Positions 1 to 13,169 of a stretch of DNA of 64,000 bases are shown piece by piece. The stretch spans positions 116,932,001 to 116,996,000 of the forward strand of contig OX597818.1 in assembly GCA_951406725.2 (NCBI GenBank), in the 5' to 3' direction. Positions within the stretch are counted from its first letter, which is position 1. Each line of letters begins with the position of its first letter. Under the pieces are notes generated by a model. It was not told the origin of the DNA, searched no databases, and was given only the letters and a program-made list of their open reading frames with translations. Both the position numbers and the translations under genes were made by a program. The stretch comes from Octopus vulgaris. Its lineage: Eukaryota.

Positions 1-1153
1 CTCGTTTCTGCCCAAAGCGGTAATTAAAAATCAATATTATTGAATTAAAATTCATAATAAATAAGGTTTGAAATATACCTCGAAATCACCATTAAAAACA
101 TAGTAAAATAAAACAATTAAAAAATATGTCTGAAAAAATACATTTATTTTCAAAATAATTGTTGGGTAAGGGGTTTTAATGTTGTAATGTGGGTGAATTT
201 CGGTTATCTACCGTTATATTTATCTATGCAAAAAATGGATTTATACTGCTTCATGCTAGCATATAACATAGTGTAAGAACATAATCAAAATTGGTGAAAC
301 AGTGTTCGTATGTTGAGATTTGCTTTGAATGAATGTAAATGCAGCTTCGAAATCACTTCTGAGGTGTAGCTTATCTTGGGCAAGTATCTTTTTGCTTACA
401 CTTTGAGTTGACTGATATCGTGTGTGAGAATAGGCGGGTGAAATCTCTGTGGTAGTTTGTTAATGGGATCACTTATGGTTGTGAGCGGCCGCGTTACTTT
501 CTGTGTGTGTGTGTCTGTCTATTTGCGTGTTTGTGTGTGTTTATTTGCGTGCTTGTGTGTGTGTATATATATATGTGTGTGTGTATGTATGTGTGTAAGG
601 TTTATTATGTCATTCGATTTAGCACCACAATCTGGCACTTGGGGCCTTATACCTAGCATTGAGGTCAGATCTCTGATCGAAGGATAACTGCCATCCTTTA
701 TGTTTTCAACCTTTGGCGACCATTAAAAATATTTTGGATCTCAATCCTTAATCTAACCCTAATCCACAAAAAGAAATAAAATACAAATCTATGAATGACT
801 CTAAATTATTAGGTGGTCTTGTGTTCCATACTTCCACTATAAATGGTGTGTAAAGATGTATAAACTCTGCAATACTTCATTTCTTTGATGATGTTACCAA
901 GAACTCGGTTTGATCCACCAGGAATTAAAGAATTCTTCAATTACTTCCCGAAATTGGTATGCTATTGCTGCATTAATTATCGATATTGTGGTTGTTGATG
1001 CTGTTGTTGTATAACATCCAAATCGTTTTGGATTAACCATACATAAAATTATATTACAGTTCTATACTTAAGAGATGAGGAATTATGTATATTATCTACA
1101 TTGTTTGCATCCCCAAGATTCAGAGTTCGATTCCAGGCAGTGAACTGAAAAAT

Positions 1154-1154
<1 letters not shown>

Positions 1155-1221
<67 letters not shown>

Positions 1222-1241
1222 TAATAATAACAATAATAATG

Positions 1242-1275
<34 letters not shown>

Positions 1276-1295
1276 TAATAATAATAATAATAATG

Positions 1296-1362
<67 letters not shown>
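1155..1362. repeat. (AAT)n microsatellite
   Basis: Direct; source of the poly-I/N/L ORFs. Confidence 0.98.
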
Positions 1363-1364
<2 letters not shown>

Positions 1365-1384
1365 GCAGCAGCAGCAGAAAAAAG

Positions 1385-1546
1385 AAGAGAGCCATTGTTA
1401 TCAGTTGAACGATATTTCGGCATCTAGGGTGTCTTCCACAGGTTCAAAAAATAAACTTGTCAATCTACTTTATTTTTGGTAATATTTTATAGGATTGAGG
1501 TAATTAGATACCGAAATATCGTTCTCTTGATAACAATGGCACTCTT
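1385..1546. repeat. short imperfect inverted repeat (about 42 bp arms) with a degenerate HHR 3' half
   Basis: aagagagccattgttatcagttgaacgatatttcggcatcta versus tagataccgaaatatcgttctcttgataacaatggcactctt. Confidence 0.7.
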
Positions 1547-1565
1547 CTTAACAATAATAATAATA

Positions 1566-1597
<32 letters not shown>

Positions 1598-1618
1598 AAT
1601 AACAACTACAACATCCAA

Positions 1619-1665
1619 GACACCTGATGAAGGCTGGATGTGTATATGAGCCGAAACGTTGTGTT
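1619..1665 (+). ncRNA. minimal type I hammerhead ribozyme motif
   Basis: gacac-CTGATGA-aggct..agcc-GAAA-CG-TT-gtgtt. Stems I and II pair; palindromic AACGTT forms stem III. Confidence 0.75.
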
Positions 1666-2236
1666 AACAACAAACAGGAATGTATAAAATCATATGTATT
1701 TCAACGATGAACCCTCCACATTTTCTTTCATACATTGTGTACACCTGACTATATACTACGTTACTTTTTGTTAGTTTTTAACGGGATGGAGTAGCTTCGC
1801 GGTGATTTCCTTGCTATTTTGTGTGCCTACAGAGAAACACATTATATGGCAGACAATAAACACTTGCATATACCCTGTATGCTATTGATTCATTTGGTTT
1901 TAAAAATCAATTGTCGATAATATTTCTCCTTTAACTTCATGTCTCTGATACTCTTAGAAGTAGTAAAAATACACGATATACATGAATGTTTGGCAGGTAA
2001 GATACTACTTTTACAACAGCATTAAATACGCTCTCAGGGAAGCGTATTTACTGCTGTCTTTACATAACTGGTTAGTGGCTTCCTTTATATTCACTAGCAA
2101 TCCCGTACCGTAATTAATAGCTGTTAATACGATAATATCAGGGTAATTTAGAAATGACTGTAACTGTTTATAACTCCCAAATAGCAAATTCCAACAAATA
2201 TTGCTAATCAATAACCATCATAACTATTATTATTAA

Positions 2237-2311
<75 letters not shown>

Positions 2312-2316
2312 CTGCA

Positions 2317-3036
2317 GGGCAGAATTGTTAGCGCGTTGAACTAAATGCTTAGCGGTATTTCGCTCATCGCTACGTTCTGAGTTCAAATTCCGCCGAGGGT
2401 GACTTTGCCTTTCATCGTTTCGGGGTCGATAAATTAAGTACCAGTTAAGCACTGGGGTTGATGTAATCGACTTAATCCGTTTGTCTGTCCTTGTTTGTCC
2501 CCTCTGTATTTAGCTCCTTGTGGGTAGTAAAGAAATAGGTATTTCGTCTGCCGTTACGTTCTGAGCTCAAATTCCGCCGAGGGTGACTTTGCCCTACATC
2601 GTTTCGAGGGCGATAAATTAAGTACCAGTTACGCACTGGGGTTGATGTAATTGACATAATCCGTTTGTCTGTCCTTGTTTGTCCCCTCTGTATTTAGCCC
2701 CTTCTGGGTAGTAAAGAAATAGGTATTTCGTCTGCCGCTACGTTCTGAGTTCAAATTCCGGTGCGGTCGACTTTGCCTTTCATCATTTCGGGGTCGATAA
2801 AATAAGTACCAATTGAATATTGGGGTCGATGTAATCGACCCATCCACTCCCCCACAATTGCTCCCTTTGTGGCAAAATTGAATGCCATTACTACTATTGT
2901 TATTCGTTCATGAGCTGACAGAATCGTTAGTACACCGGAATAAATGCTTAACGCCCTTCGTCCGTCCTTAGGTTCTGAATTCAAATTCAGCCAAGATCGA
3001 TTTTGTCTTTCATCCTTTCGGGGTCCATAAAATAAT
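2317..3036 (+). mobile_element. tandem array of SINE family B copies
   Basis: Four repeats of gagttcaaattccgccgaggtcgactttgcctttcatcctttcggggtcgataaa. The last copy is interrupted by a family A SINE and resumes at about 3424-3520. Confidence 0.85.
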
Positions 3037-3038
3037 GG

Positions 3039-3422
3039 TGGAAGCACTCCGTCGGTTACGACGATGAGGGTTCGGGTTGATCCGAATCAACGGAACAGCC
3101 TGCTCGTGAAATTAACGTGTAAGTGGCTGAGCACTCCACAGACACGTGCACCCTTAACGTAGTTCTCGGGGATATTCAGCGTGACACAGAGAATGACAAG
3201 GCCGGCCCTTTGAAATACAGGTACAACAGAAACAGGAAGTAAGAGTGAGAGAAAGTTGTGGTGAAAGAGTACAGCAGGGATCACCACCATCCCCTGCCGG
3301 AGCGTCGTGGAGCTTTAGGTGTTTTCGCTCAATAAACACTCACAACGCCCAGTCTGGGAATCGAAACCGCGATCTTATGACCGCGAGTCCGCTGCCCTAA
3401 CCACTGGGCCATTGCGCCTCCA
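3039..3422 (-). mobile_element. tRNA-derived SINE family A, full length
   Basis: Head has A-box TGGCCCAGTGG and B-box GGTTTCGATTCCC. 13-bp TSD tccataaaataat at 3024-3036 and 3424-3436. Confidence 0.9.
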
Positions 3423-3680
3423 CTCCATAAAATAATAACCACTTGAGCGCTGAGGTCGCTGTATTCAACTTAGCTCCTCCCCCGAAATTGCTGGCCTTGC
3501 GCCAAAATATGAAATCATTATTATTCGACTAAAGTATATATAGCTGTATATATAAAAAGTATATATAAAGTAGTATATAGCTGGCAGTAGTATATAAAGT
3601 AGTATATAGCTGGCAAACTCGATAGCATGCGGGCCGGTGAGAAGTAGCCAATGCATTTATCATATCGGTGGTGTAATACC

Positions 3681-3994
3681 CGGGCGTTGTGAGTGTTTAT
3701 TGAGCGAAAACACCTAAAGCTCCACGAGGCTCCGGCAGATATGGTGGTGATCCCTGCTGTACTCTTTCACCACAACTTTCTCTCTCACTCTTACTTCCTG
3801 TTTCTGTTGTACCTGTATTTCAAAGGGCCGGCCTTGTCACTCTCTGTGTCACGCTGAATATCCCCGAGAACTACGTTAAGGGTACACGTGTCTGTGGAGT
3901 GCTCAGCCACTTACACGTTAATTTCACGAGCAGGCTGTTCCGTTGATTCGGATCAACCGGAACCTTCGTCGTCGTAACCGACGGAGTGCTTCCA
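3681..3994 (+). mobile_element. SINE family A, 5'-truncated
   Basis: Near-identical to 63305-63613. TSD gtgtaatacc at 3671-3680 and 3998-4007. Confidence 0.9.
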
Positions 3995-4271
3995 AAAGTG
4001 TAATACCGCCTGACCCGTCGTTGACCCAAGAAATCTCTGACCAAATTGAAACGTTTGCTTTTCCAATTAGTATGGAAAGTTTAGGTTCCGCTTGTCAGAA
4101 AAATCCATCTGCTGTTATCGTAAGTTCAACGTTCAAATTCCACCGAGGTCGACTTTGCCTTTTATCCTTTCGGAGTCAATTAAATAACTACCATCTGAGC
4201 ACAATCAACGTAATCCCTCCTTTAACGTGCTGACTAAGTGCTAAAGTTTGAGGCCAGTATACATCGTCAAT

Positions 4272-4522
4272 GTGGAGGCGCGTGGCTTAATGGTTAGGGT
4301 GTCAGTTTCATGATCGTAAGATTGTGGTTTCGAATCCTGGACCGGGCGACGCGTTGTTATCTTGAGCAAAACACTTCATTTCACGTTGCTCCAGTTCGCT
4401 CAGCTAGCAAAAATGAGTAACGCTGCGATGGACTAGCGTCCCGTCCAGCTGGTGGGAACACATACGCCATAGAAGCCGGGAAACCGGGCCCATGAGCCTT
4501 GCTAGGCTTTAAAAGGGCACAT
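4272..4522 (+). mobile_element. tRNA-derived SINE family C
   Basis: tRNA-like head followed by cttgagcaaaacacttcatttcacgttgctccag (CORE/Meta-like central domain); second copy at 55376-55625. Confidence 0.85.
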
Positions 4523-4673
4523 TTATTTTATTATTTTTTTCATATATTGCCAACAGAAATCTTTGAAAAGTTATAAATGATTATTTTTATACTCTGTTTG
4601 GGAATAAGCTTGGTACTTCTTCATTCAAATGTTGTACTTATTTACTACTTTATGCAAAATTATATATTCTATA

Positions 4674-4903
4674 GGCGGAGAGCTGGCAGAAACGTTAGCG
4701 CGCTGGGCGAAATGCGTAGCCGTATTTCATCTGTCGTTACGTTCCGAGTTCAAAGTCCGCCGGGGTCGACTTTGCCTTTCATCCTTTCGGGGTCGATAAA
4801 TTAAGTACCAGTTACGCACTGGGGTCGATGTAATCGACTTAATCCGTTTGTCTGTCCTTGTTTGTCCCCTCTGTGTTTAGCTCCTTGTGGGTAGTAAAGA
4901 AAT
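4674..4903 (+). mobile_element. SINE family B, single full copy
   Basis: ggcggagagctggcagaaacgttagc ... gtagtaaagaaata. Confidence 0.88.
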
Positions 4904-6133
4904 ATATATATTCTGTGCACTCACTAGCTTCGAAATTTTCACTCGTCACTCGACTGAAACTGGTATATAAAATGCAGTTATGGCTTCACAGCAACCAATG
5001 TGCGAAAAACAAAACATAAGCCTTGAAACAAAAGCTCGTTAACTGGTAACACCTTGTGTATATAACAGAACAAAGCAAAATATACGCAAAAAGATATCAG
5101 CACTAAATGTCCGGATATAAAAGTACCACTCCGTTTTATTATTTAAGTGCATCTGATGAAGATTTCCACGAAAAAAAGTCTCTTCAACTGCTTGTATTAT
5201 ACTCGTATATTTATATTTCCTGAAATTTATCCCATTTGGGGTAATTTACAACTGTTTGCCGACATCAAGTACATTTATTCATAGAATTCACATTGATAAT
5301 GATTATGTTGCCAGCAAGCGATTTTAAAAAATATATCTTTCTTCTATATTTCAAACAAGTATATTCTTTCTAGTATCTTATTAAAACAAGATATATTTTC
5401 TATCGTGAAGTCTACGATAAATCCGATAAAATATATACAACTATAATATGTGTTCTTACCGTTGGGTATATTCTATTCTTTTCTCTGGAGATTATGTGTT
5501 CGTGTATGTAAATGTGTATTGTTACTACCCTTCATATCCATAAAATATTTATAGTCTTCCATCCTCATGTATTCAGCAGATTTATGAATAAATTCTGTAA
5601 CTTAGGGGATCCATTTAATAGGGTGCTACTGCAACATTTGGCACATGAAACTGTGATTTTCAGGTAGAATCTCATCGCTGATTTGAATATCGAATCTGTA
5701 TATACAATCCTCCTGATTTTAAGGCTCATGCCCTTATATCAATGGAGCGTATTGTACAAGAGCTAAGGCAAAGAGCTGAGAGTTTGACCGACAAGTACGG
5801 ATGATTTATTGAACATTTAAAAGCATAAAGAATATTTAAAAGCTAAGTGTCATGTACAAGGATAACTTCATCTTTCCCATCTAACGCTGGACTCTGAAAA
5901 CTGTCATGTCGCAGCGACTCTCCTTCAGCACAACCGTTAACAAATAAGCATTTAGGAAAATGTTAGATATTCTTCCAATGTCATCCTCTTCCTCAAAACG
6001 AAATCTAGGATCAAATGGGTGTATCCCTATATAAATATTATATCCTAAACTAAACTCGTCCTAATCTAGCTTCGCATTACGATCGTGTTTTTGGTGAAAT
6101 TCTGAGCACGATTTAGAAAAGTATATGAATAGT

Positions 6134-6292
6134 GGCGAGGAGTGGCTGTGTGGTAAGTAGCTTGCTTACCAAAACACATGTTCTGGGTCCAGTCCCATTG
6201 CGTGGCACCTTGGGCGAGTCTTCCACTATAGCTTCGGTCCGACCAAAGCCATGTAAGTGGATTTGCTAGACGGAAACTGAAAGAAGCCAGCC

Positions 6293-6293
<1 letters not shown>
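6134..6293 (+). mobile_element. SINE family D, 5' half
   Basis: ggagtggctgtgtggtaagtagcttgcttacc ... ggaaactgaaagaagcc, then (TA)n. Confidence 0.85.
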
Positions 6294-6344
<51 letters not shown>

Positions 6345-7068
6345 GAATCAAGAAATATAAAGTATTTAGTTGAGGGAAATTTTAAAATCACATATTATTA
6401 TGACTGTAAGTGAAATATCTAAGCAAAGTAAAAACAAAAATGCAAGCCATCTTTTCTTTCTTAAATAGCTTCTCTTCATTCTTTTCGTTCTGTGAAACTT
6501 CTACGGTCCCATTAGAATTAAGTATCCTGAAATACGTTGAGGTTTTTTGTGGGTTGACCCACGTATAAGTGAGTCGTTTCTTGATTCCTTTATTTTTTTC
6601 TTTGAGTCCCAAACTTTTTAGAAAAAAGCAAAAACATTACGTGATGCATGGTTTTACTTATCAATCCTTCCCAGAATCGAATTAGAAACGAATAGTTTAT
6701 GACAAGAGTAATTAGAAAGTGTAAATAAATAAAGGTTGTTAAATCACTGGAATGTTCCGGTGTCGAGTGAAATAAAATTGCTGTTTTATGTAATCTAAAA
6801 CAATATAACGTGTCAAATAGTATCTGTATGACATAATCGTTTCACTTGATAAAAGGAAATAATGTGCTTATTAAATGCAACAGGCTTTAAAAGTGAATGT
6901 GTATTTTTTTTTAAGGGAAAGGAACATATTTATGTTAACATGGTAGATACACCATTTATCAATCCAGAAAATCTGCATGATTGTCACCAGTAATCCCAAG
7001 CCTCGTACTTATACTATCGATACCTACTGCTGAACAGCTCCACCTCACAAGCGGTGGTTGGGGTCAAG

Positions 7069-7139
<71 letters not shown>

Positions 7140-7283
7140 AATACGGAGCAAATGATTCAGGAGAAAATATTTGCGAAGATATTATTGACTCTGTTATTAT
7201 CTAGTGTAACAATTATAAATGATAATAGTATCAATAATATAGGCGATTGCAGGCCCGAAAATTAATTAAATAGCTGAGGGATT

Positions 7284-7436
7284 AAAACTAATCAAAGGAC
7301 ATCCTCAGTATGTCTACCTGCTGGAAATAACAGGCAAAATTCTTATTTAAATCGCCGAAAACTCTTTTTAAATAAGCGTTTTGACTGTTATTTTCGGCAG
7401 GTAGACATACTTAATATATCCTTTGATTAATTTTAT
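7284..7436. repeat. inverted repeat carrying the shared PLE-type downstream motif
   Basis: taaaactaatcaaagga..agtatgtctacctgc versus gcaggtagacatact..tcctttgattaatttta; motif ttttgactgttattttc at 7379-7395. Confidence 0.7.
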
Positions 7437-7487
7437 GTATATATATGTATATATATATAAACACACACATACACACACACACACACA

Positions 7488-7553
<66 letters not shown>

Positions 7554-7584
7554 AATATACATACTTACATGCAAATAAATAAAA

Positions 7585-7985
7585 ATACTCTGTTGTTGAA
7601 TTTGAAATTCCAATGAAGAATCATTGGATCTAGGTTAGAAACCGGTTCCTTCTCTGTTGGCAAGAAATCTTGTAATAAACTGAATAATGACATAAACATG
7701 AGAAAGATTGTTCGAGGACTACAGATCTGAAACAAAAAATACCCTGTTGTTGATGTTGAATTCCAATGATAGAGTTTAGAAACCGTTTTATATTTTCTCT
7801 ATTGACACTTATCAATCTTCCCAGGATCGAATTAGAAGCGAAGGGTTTTTGACAAGTGTATAAACTGAGAAATTAAAAAATGTGAATATTAAAAGGTTTT
7901 ATAATCACTGGAAAATTCCAGAGTCGAGTGAAATGAAATTCCTGGTTTCCGTTAGAAATCTTCAAATAAAACTGAACAATGACAT
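7585..7985 (+). repeat. family E repeat, two copies, (ACAT)n-associated
   Basis: Matches 31000-31110. The second copy is split by a 146-bp insert. Confidence 0.75.
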
Positions 7986-8168
7986 ACATACATATATACA
8001 TACATACATACATACACACATACATAAATACACACATACATACATACATACATACATACATACATACATACATACATACATACATACATGCATACATATA
8101 TGCATACATGCATACATACATACATACATACATACATACATACATACATACATACATACATACATACA
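7982..8168. repeat. (ACAT)n microsatellite
   Basis: Direct. Confidence 0.97.
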
Positions 8169-8878
8169 ACTTGCTTCTATACAATTTCCTCCTACAAAAT
8201 TTCCTCAAAATGCATTGGTTAGTCCGGAGCTGTAGCAGACGATAATTGTCCAAAGTGCTACATACTGGGACAGTACTCTAAACAACGAGATTGCAAAGAA
8301 TGTTACTTAATCACTCCATCATTCCTGAACACAAAGCAGTTTTCAATTCTTCAATTATATTTAAACGGATATTTTCGAAAATAGTTTTATACTTACTGCA
8401 AGCTCAAAAACCATTATCATTCACGTGACAAAGCGGATGGTAATTATGATCAACATGGTGACATGTAGATAAGAGAGCGATATGAATAAAAGCGTAGTGA
8501 AAAAGAAAAAAAATTGCTTCAATTGAGCGGGAAATCTTTTGGAGCCAAATGTAAATTGAGATTAGACTAGTTGCTGCTGTAATTCCAGAATGGTGAAAAG
8601 AGATATTCTGAATCTGAAGAACTTTTGTTTGATATACAATATGGCGTTTAAATCTTTTGATACCATGCAATGCATCAATGAATCTATAACTGTCAACTAT
8701 AAGGACACACACACACACACACATTTACATATATATATATATATGCACATACATTTATACACACACACATACATATATATATATACATATATATATAAAC
8801 GTGTTTAATGTACTTATACATACAATGCTATTTGCCTATCCGATATGTATGTATGTGTCTCTGTGTGTGCGTGTGTGC

Positions 8879-8932
<54 letters not shown>

Positions 8933-9387
8933 TTTTGTGTACATGTATTTATGAGGGCGCGTTGGCTGGTATTTACGGGGTTGCACTTATAATCGCGAGA
9001 TCCTGGTTTCAATTCCTGAGCTAAGTGGCGTCTTGTGTTCTTGAGCAAAACACACCACCTCGCGTCTTTAAATTTATTTCTAATTATTTAAGAGAAAGAT
9101 AGTATTATATTTGATATAATCTTGATCACCATATTTCTGATAGTTTAATAATATATATTAGCTGCTTATAGGAGTTGCAGAATTTTGGGGCATTGCGTAA
9201 ACAATTTAGTAGCAGTCTAATATATTTTGAAGTGATTCAAAATTAGCATACAGATGAAAAAATAAGAAAGACAAATTTCACTGAGGAGTAGAAAGCTTTA
9301 AGGAAGACAACATATTTTAGGATGAGGACATTTTATGAATAACACACTAGTACATTATTTACGTTGTTTACATTATTTACATTTGGT

Positions 9388-9429
<42 letters not shown>

Positions 9430-9433
<4 letters not shown>

Positions 9434-9870
9434 GTAATATCGACCTCGACAGAATTTGAACTCAGAACCTAGCGACAGACGAAATATCGATTTCTTTACT
9501 ACCCATTAGGAACTAAACACAGAGAGGACAGACAAGGACAGACAAACGGATTAAGTCCATTATATCGGCACCAGTGCGTAGCTGGTACTTTTTGAAATCG
9601 ACCCCGAAAGGATGAAAGCAAAGTCGACAAAGTATTTCGTCTGTCTTTACATTCTGAGTTCAAATTTCGCCGATTTCTTCGACTTTGCCTTTCATCCTTT
9701 CGGGGTCGATAAACTAAGTACCAGGTATGCACTGGTGCCGATGTAATCGACTTAATCCGTTTGTCTGTCATTGTTTGTCCACTCTGTGTTTAGGCCCTTG
9801 TGAGTACTAAAGAAATACGCATTTCTTCTGCCGCTACGTTCTGAGTTCAAATTCCGCCGATTTTTTCGAC
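9430..9870. mobile_element. SINE family B cluster, both orientations
   Basis: Minus copies at 9430-9630 and plus copies at 9630-9870. Confidence 0.85.
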
Positions 9871-10308
9871 TTGAGAATTGTTAAAAGTTTTGGTTGAAAA
9901 TTTATTTTACTGCTATATTCGCTGGTGCCTCTGAGTAAAATAATTTGACGAAAATACATCTAGGTCATAACGAATATCCTCCTAAAATTGTAGCGATATG
10001 CGTGCTAATTTCTGGACGTGCATAACATACATTCACGTGCACACACGCATCCTGCCTTTTATATATACAGGTAAAATGTTTGGAGCTACGGTCTTATATA
10101 TAAAGTCGTTGGCACGAATTTCATGTTTGTTCTATGGTCAATGTTTCTTTATTTCTGTTTATCTTACAGTTTAACACTTCTTACTTCCAGTCCTATAAAC
10201 CATTTTGTTTCCATAAATTGAGACAAAAAATTGTTACTATTTCTTGTCGTGTATATATATATATATATATATATACATATTGTTTAAACCTCATCAAGAT
10301 AAATATTT

Positions 10309-10378
10309 AAACGACCTGATGAATGACTGTAAGTCGAAAATTTAAAGAAATTAACAGCCATGAAACGATCGTAGTGTT
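10309..10378 (+). ncRNA. hammerhead ribozyme motif
   Basis: aacgac-CTGATGA-atgactgt..acagccat-GAAA-CGATCG-TA-gtgtt; GUA site. The following AT-rich tail also occurs at 13019-13112. Confidence 0.65.
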
Positions 10379-10517
10379 ATATTAATTATATTTTTTTAAT
10401 AATTTTTTTATATATTTAAATAATATAAATTAAATAATCTTATGTATTGGCTTAAGTTTTTCATTGTATGATTTGCCTAATAGTGATTTTGTCTCTAATT
10501 TAATATAATATATATAT

Positions 10518-10551
<34 letters not shown>

Positions 10552-10561
10552 GGAATGGGAA

Positions 10562-10913
10562 TGGAAGCATCCGTCGGTTACGACGATGAGGGTTCCGGTT
10601 GATCCGAAGCAACGGAACAGCCTGCTCGTGAAATTAACGTGTAAGTGGTTGAGCACTCCACAGACACGTGTACCCTTAACGTAGTTCTCGGGGATATTCA
10701 GCGTGACACAGAGAGTGACAAGGCCGGCCCTTTGAAATACAGGTACAACAGAAACAGGAAGTAAGAGTGAGAGAAAGTTGTGGTGAAAGAGTACAGCAGG
10801 GATCACCATCATCCCTGCCGGAGCCTCGTGGAGCTTTAGGTGTTTTCGCTCAATAAACACTCACAACGGCCGGTCTGGGAATCGAAACCGCGATCCTATG
10901 ACCGCGAGTCCGC

Positions 10914-10917
<4 letters not shown>
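10562..10917 (-). mobile_element. SINE family A, slightly 5'-truncated, within (TA)n
   Basis: Near-identical to 3039-3400. Confidence 0.9.
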
Positions 10918-10972
<55 letters not shown>

Positions 10973-10981
10973 TATCCGTGC

Positions 10982-11020
<39 letters not shown>

Positions 11021-11164
11021 ACTAAAAATAACGGTGTCTGAGAGACACCACCATGCCGAAATAGCAGTCAAAACCCTGACTCTAAGAACCACGTTAAATG
11101 TTCATATCGCACCATGAGATAAGAAAGAGGGACAAAATAGACTAGTAAAAAGTATTACTGAATA

Positions 11165-11222
11165 ATTCAAGATCCTGGATTTCTAGCTTTGCTTTAAATA
11201 AGCTTTGCCTCATCAGTTGGAT
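11165..11222 (-). ncRNA. hammerhead ribozyme motif (antisense arm)
   Basis: atccaa-CTGATGA-ggc..gcta-GAAA-TCCAGGA-TC-ttgaat on the minus strand. Confidence 0.75.
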
Positions 11223-11526
11223 ATATAAGATAGGGACATAAATACAAATATATATATGCAGGACAAACGTTATACTTACATATACGAACGTCCATGCATA
11301 CATATATATGCACGTATATACAAGGCCAGTTAAATTGCCCGCCAAAATACCCCATAAGCACGATATGGTCAAAATAAACACCGCAGTTAATATAGTGACG
11401 AATTATATAAATTTATAATTAAGGATAATACATACGTGCATATATATGTATGCATGGACTTTCGTATATGTAAGTATAACGTTTGTTCTGCATATATTTA
11501 TTTGTATTTATGTGCCTATCTGATAT

Positions 11527-11584
11527 ATTCAACTGACGAGGCAAAGCTTATTTAAAGCAAAGCTAGAAATCCAGGATCTTGAAT
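11527..11584 (+). ncRNA. hammerhead ribozyme motif
   Basis: attcaa-CTGACGA-ggcaaagcttatttaaagcaaagcta-GAAA-TCCAGGA-TC-ttgaat; 6-bp stem I; AUC site. Confidence 0.85.
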
Positions 11585-11828
11585 TATTCAGTAATATTTT
11601 TTGATAGTCTATTTTGTCCCTCTGTCTTATCTTATGGTGCGATATGAACATTTAACGTGGTTCTTAGAGTCAGGGTTTTGACTGCTATTTCGGCATGGTG
11701 GTGTCTCTCAGACACCCATATTTTTAGATGTAAAAAAATTATTACCTTTGTATGGTATTTTTCCCATGCTGGCCACTTGATAATATCGATATTTAAATAT
11801 CGATATTATCCTTATTTATAAATTTATA

Positions 11829-11902
<74 letters not shown>

Positions 11903-12710
11903 GTATATATATATATATATTTATACACGGATATATATATATATATATATACATACATATATATATGTCCGTGTGTATATATATATATACATGGATATAT
12001 ATAAATATATATATACATGGAGATATATGCATGTGTGTATATATATTTATATACATATATATCCGAGTATCTATACATATATATATATACACATGTATAT
12101 ATGGGTACAGGACGTCACCAACTGTAAACAACATTAAATACGAAAACAAGAGAGTTAAATATGCAAACGAGGTAATTGTTTTATGAATTTATTTCTTCAA
12201 AGAAATGGTGTGACATTTAAGCCGATTCATAATTCTTTAGAAATTTCTTGAAACAAAATTTTATAAAACTGCGATTAGGTCTCTTGTATAGTAATGCATA
12301 TGAATGCGTGTAGCATTTTCGGCATATCTATATAACTTGTTCAATAGGCCATACTCAATGTGACAACGACTTTAGAAACCAGGGCGTTTGTATGTGTGAT
12401 AAAAGAAACGTGATTATTAATTGAAAATTATCTCTCAATATTTTCTCCCCGGTTAAGAAACCATTCAAAATCTTTTAAATCAGATTTGTGAATATTTAAA
12501 AAAATATTTTTAATAAAAAAAGATTATACTGAATTCAGTGCTTTCTAGAATAAATGTGTTTACATTAATTGCTATTATTTTATTGTCGTCATAAACATGT
12601 ATGAAATTTAAAAAAAAAAATCTCAACATTTGTCATTCACACACGCTCTCCCTGTCTCTTTCTCACGCTTCATATTTTCTTTAATCACAAATAAGCCAGG
12701 GTTGTGCCTG

Positions 12711-12786
<76 letters not shown>

Positions 12787-12788
<2 letters not shown>

Positions 12789-13107
12789 TTAATAATAAAA
12801 TATTAGGGAATAAATCCAAACTTACAGGGAAAATTCAGATTTAGGATTAAATCCAATTTTATAGCATAAATATATTATATTATATTATATTAAATTAGAG
12901 ATAAAACCACTATTAGGCAAATCAAGCAATGAAAAACATAAGCCAATACATAAAATTAATTAATTTATATTATTTTAAATATATATCAAAAGTATTAAAA
13001 GTTTAATAAAAGATAAACATATATTTAAAATAATATAAATTAATTAATTTTATGTATTGGCTTATGTTTTTCATTGTTTGATTTGCCTAATAGTGGTTTT
13101 ATCTCTA

Positions 13108-13112
<5 letters not shown>
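12787..13112. mobile_element. fold-back element (about 94-bp arms) in (TA)n; PLE-type terminus
   Basis: Arms 12891-12984 and 13019-13112. The same sequence follows the HHR at 10410-10505; a degenerate copy lies at 26100-26250. Confidence 0.75.

Positions 13113-13169
<57 letters not shown>

Larger units (their letters stand above)
1057..1690 (+). mobile_element. HHR-bearing element (family F): inverted 3' terminus, tRNA B-box-like segment, (AAT)n tract, hammerhead module
   Basis: 1057-1103 matches 23009-23060. B-box-like GAGTTCGATTCC lies near 1122-1134, followed by (AAT)n. 1615-1680 matches 23197-23260. Confidence 0.6.
11022..11830 (+). mobile_element. fold-back PLE-type element with about 296-bp inverted arms, in (TA)n
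   Basis: Arms 11022-11317 and 11432-11727; HHR on each arm; (TA)n on both sides. Confidence 0.85.

Noticed and set aside
2317-3036. CRISPR-like periodic repeats
   Set aside because: Units are 180-220 bp SINE copies with no unique spacers or cas genes, in a eukaryotic context.
5150-5185. CTGATGA hammerhead-like start
   Set aside because: No convincing stems I and III. The same applies to partial motifs near 9281, 13315, 39035, 45236 and 62272.
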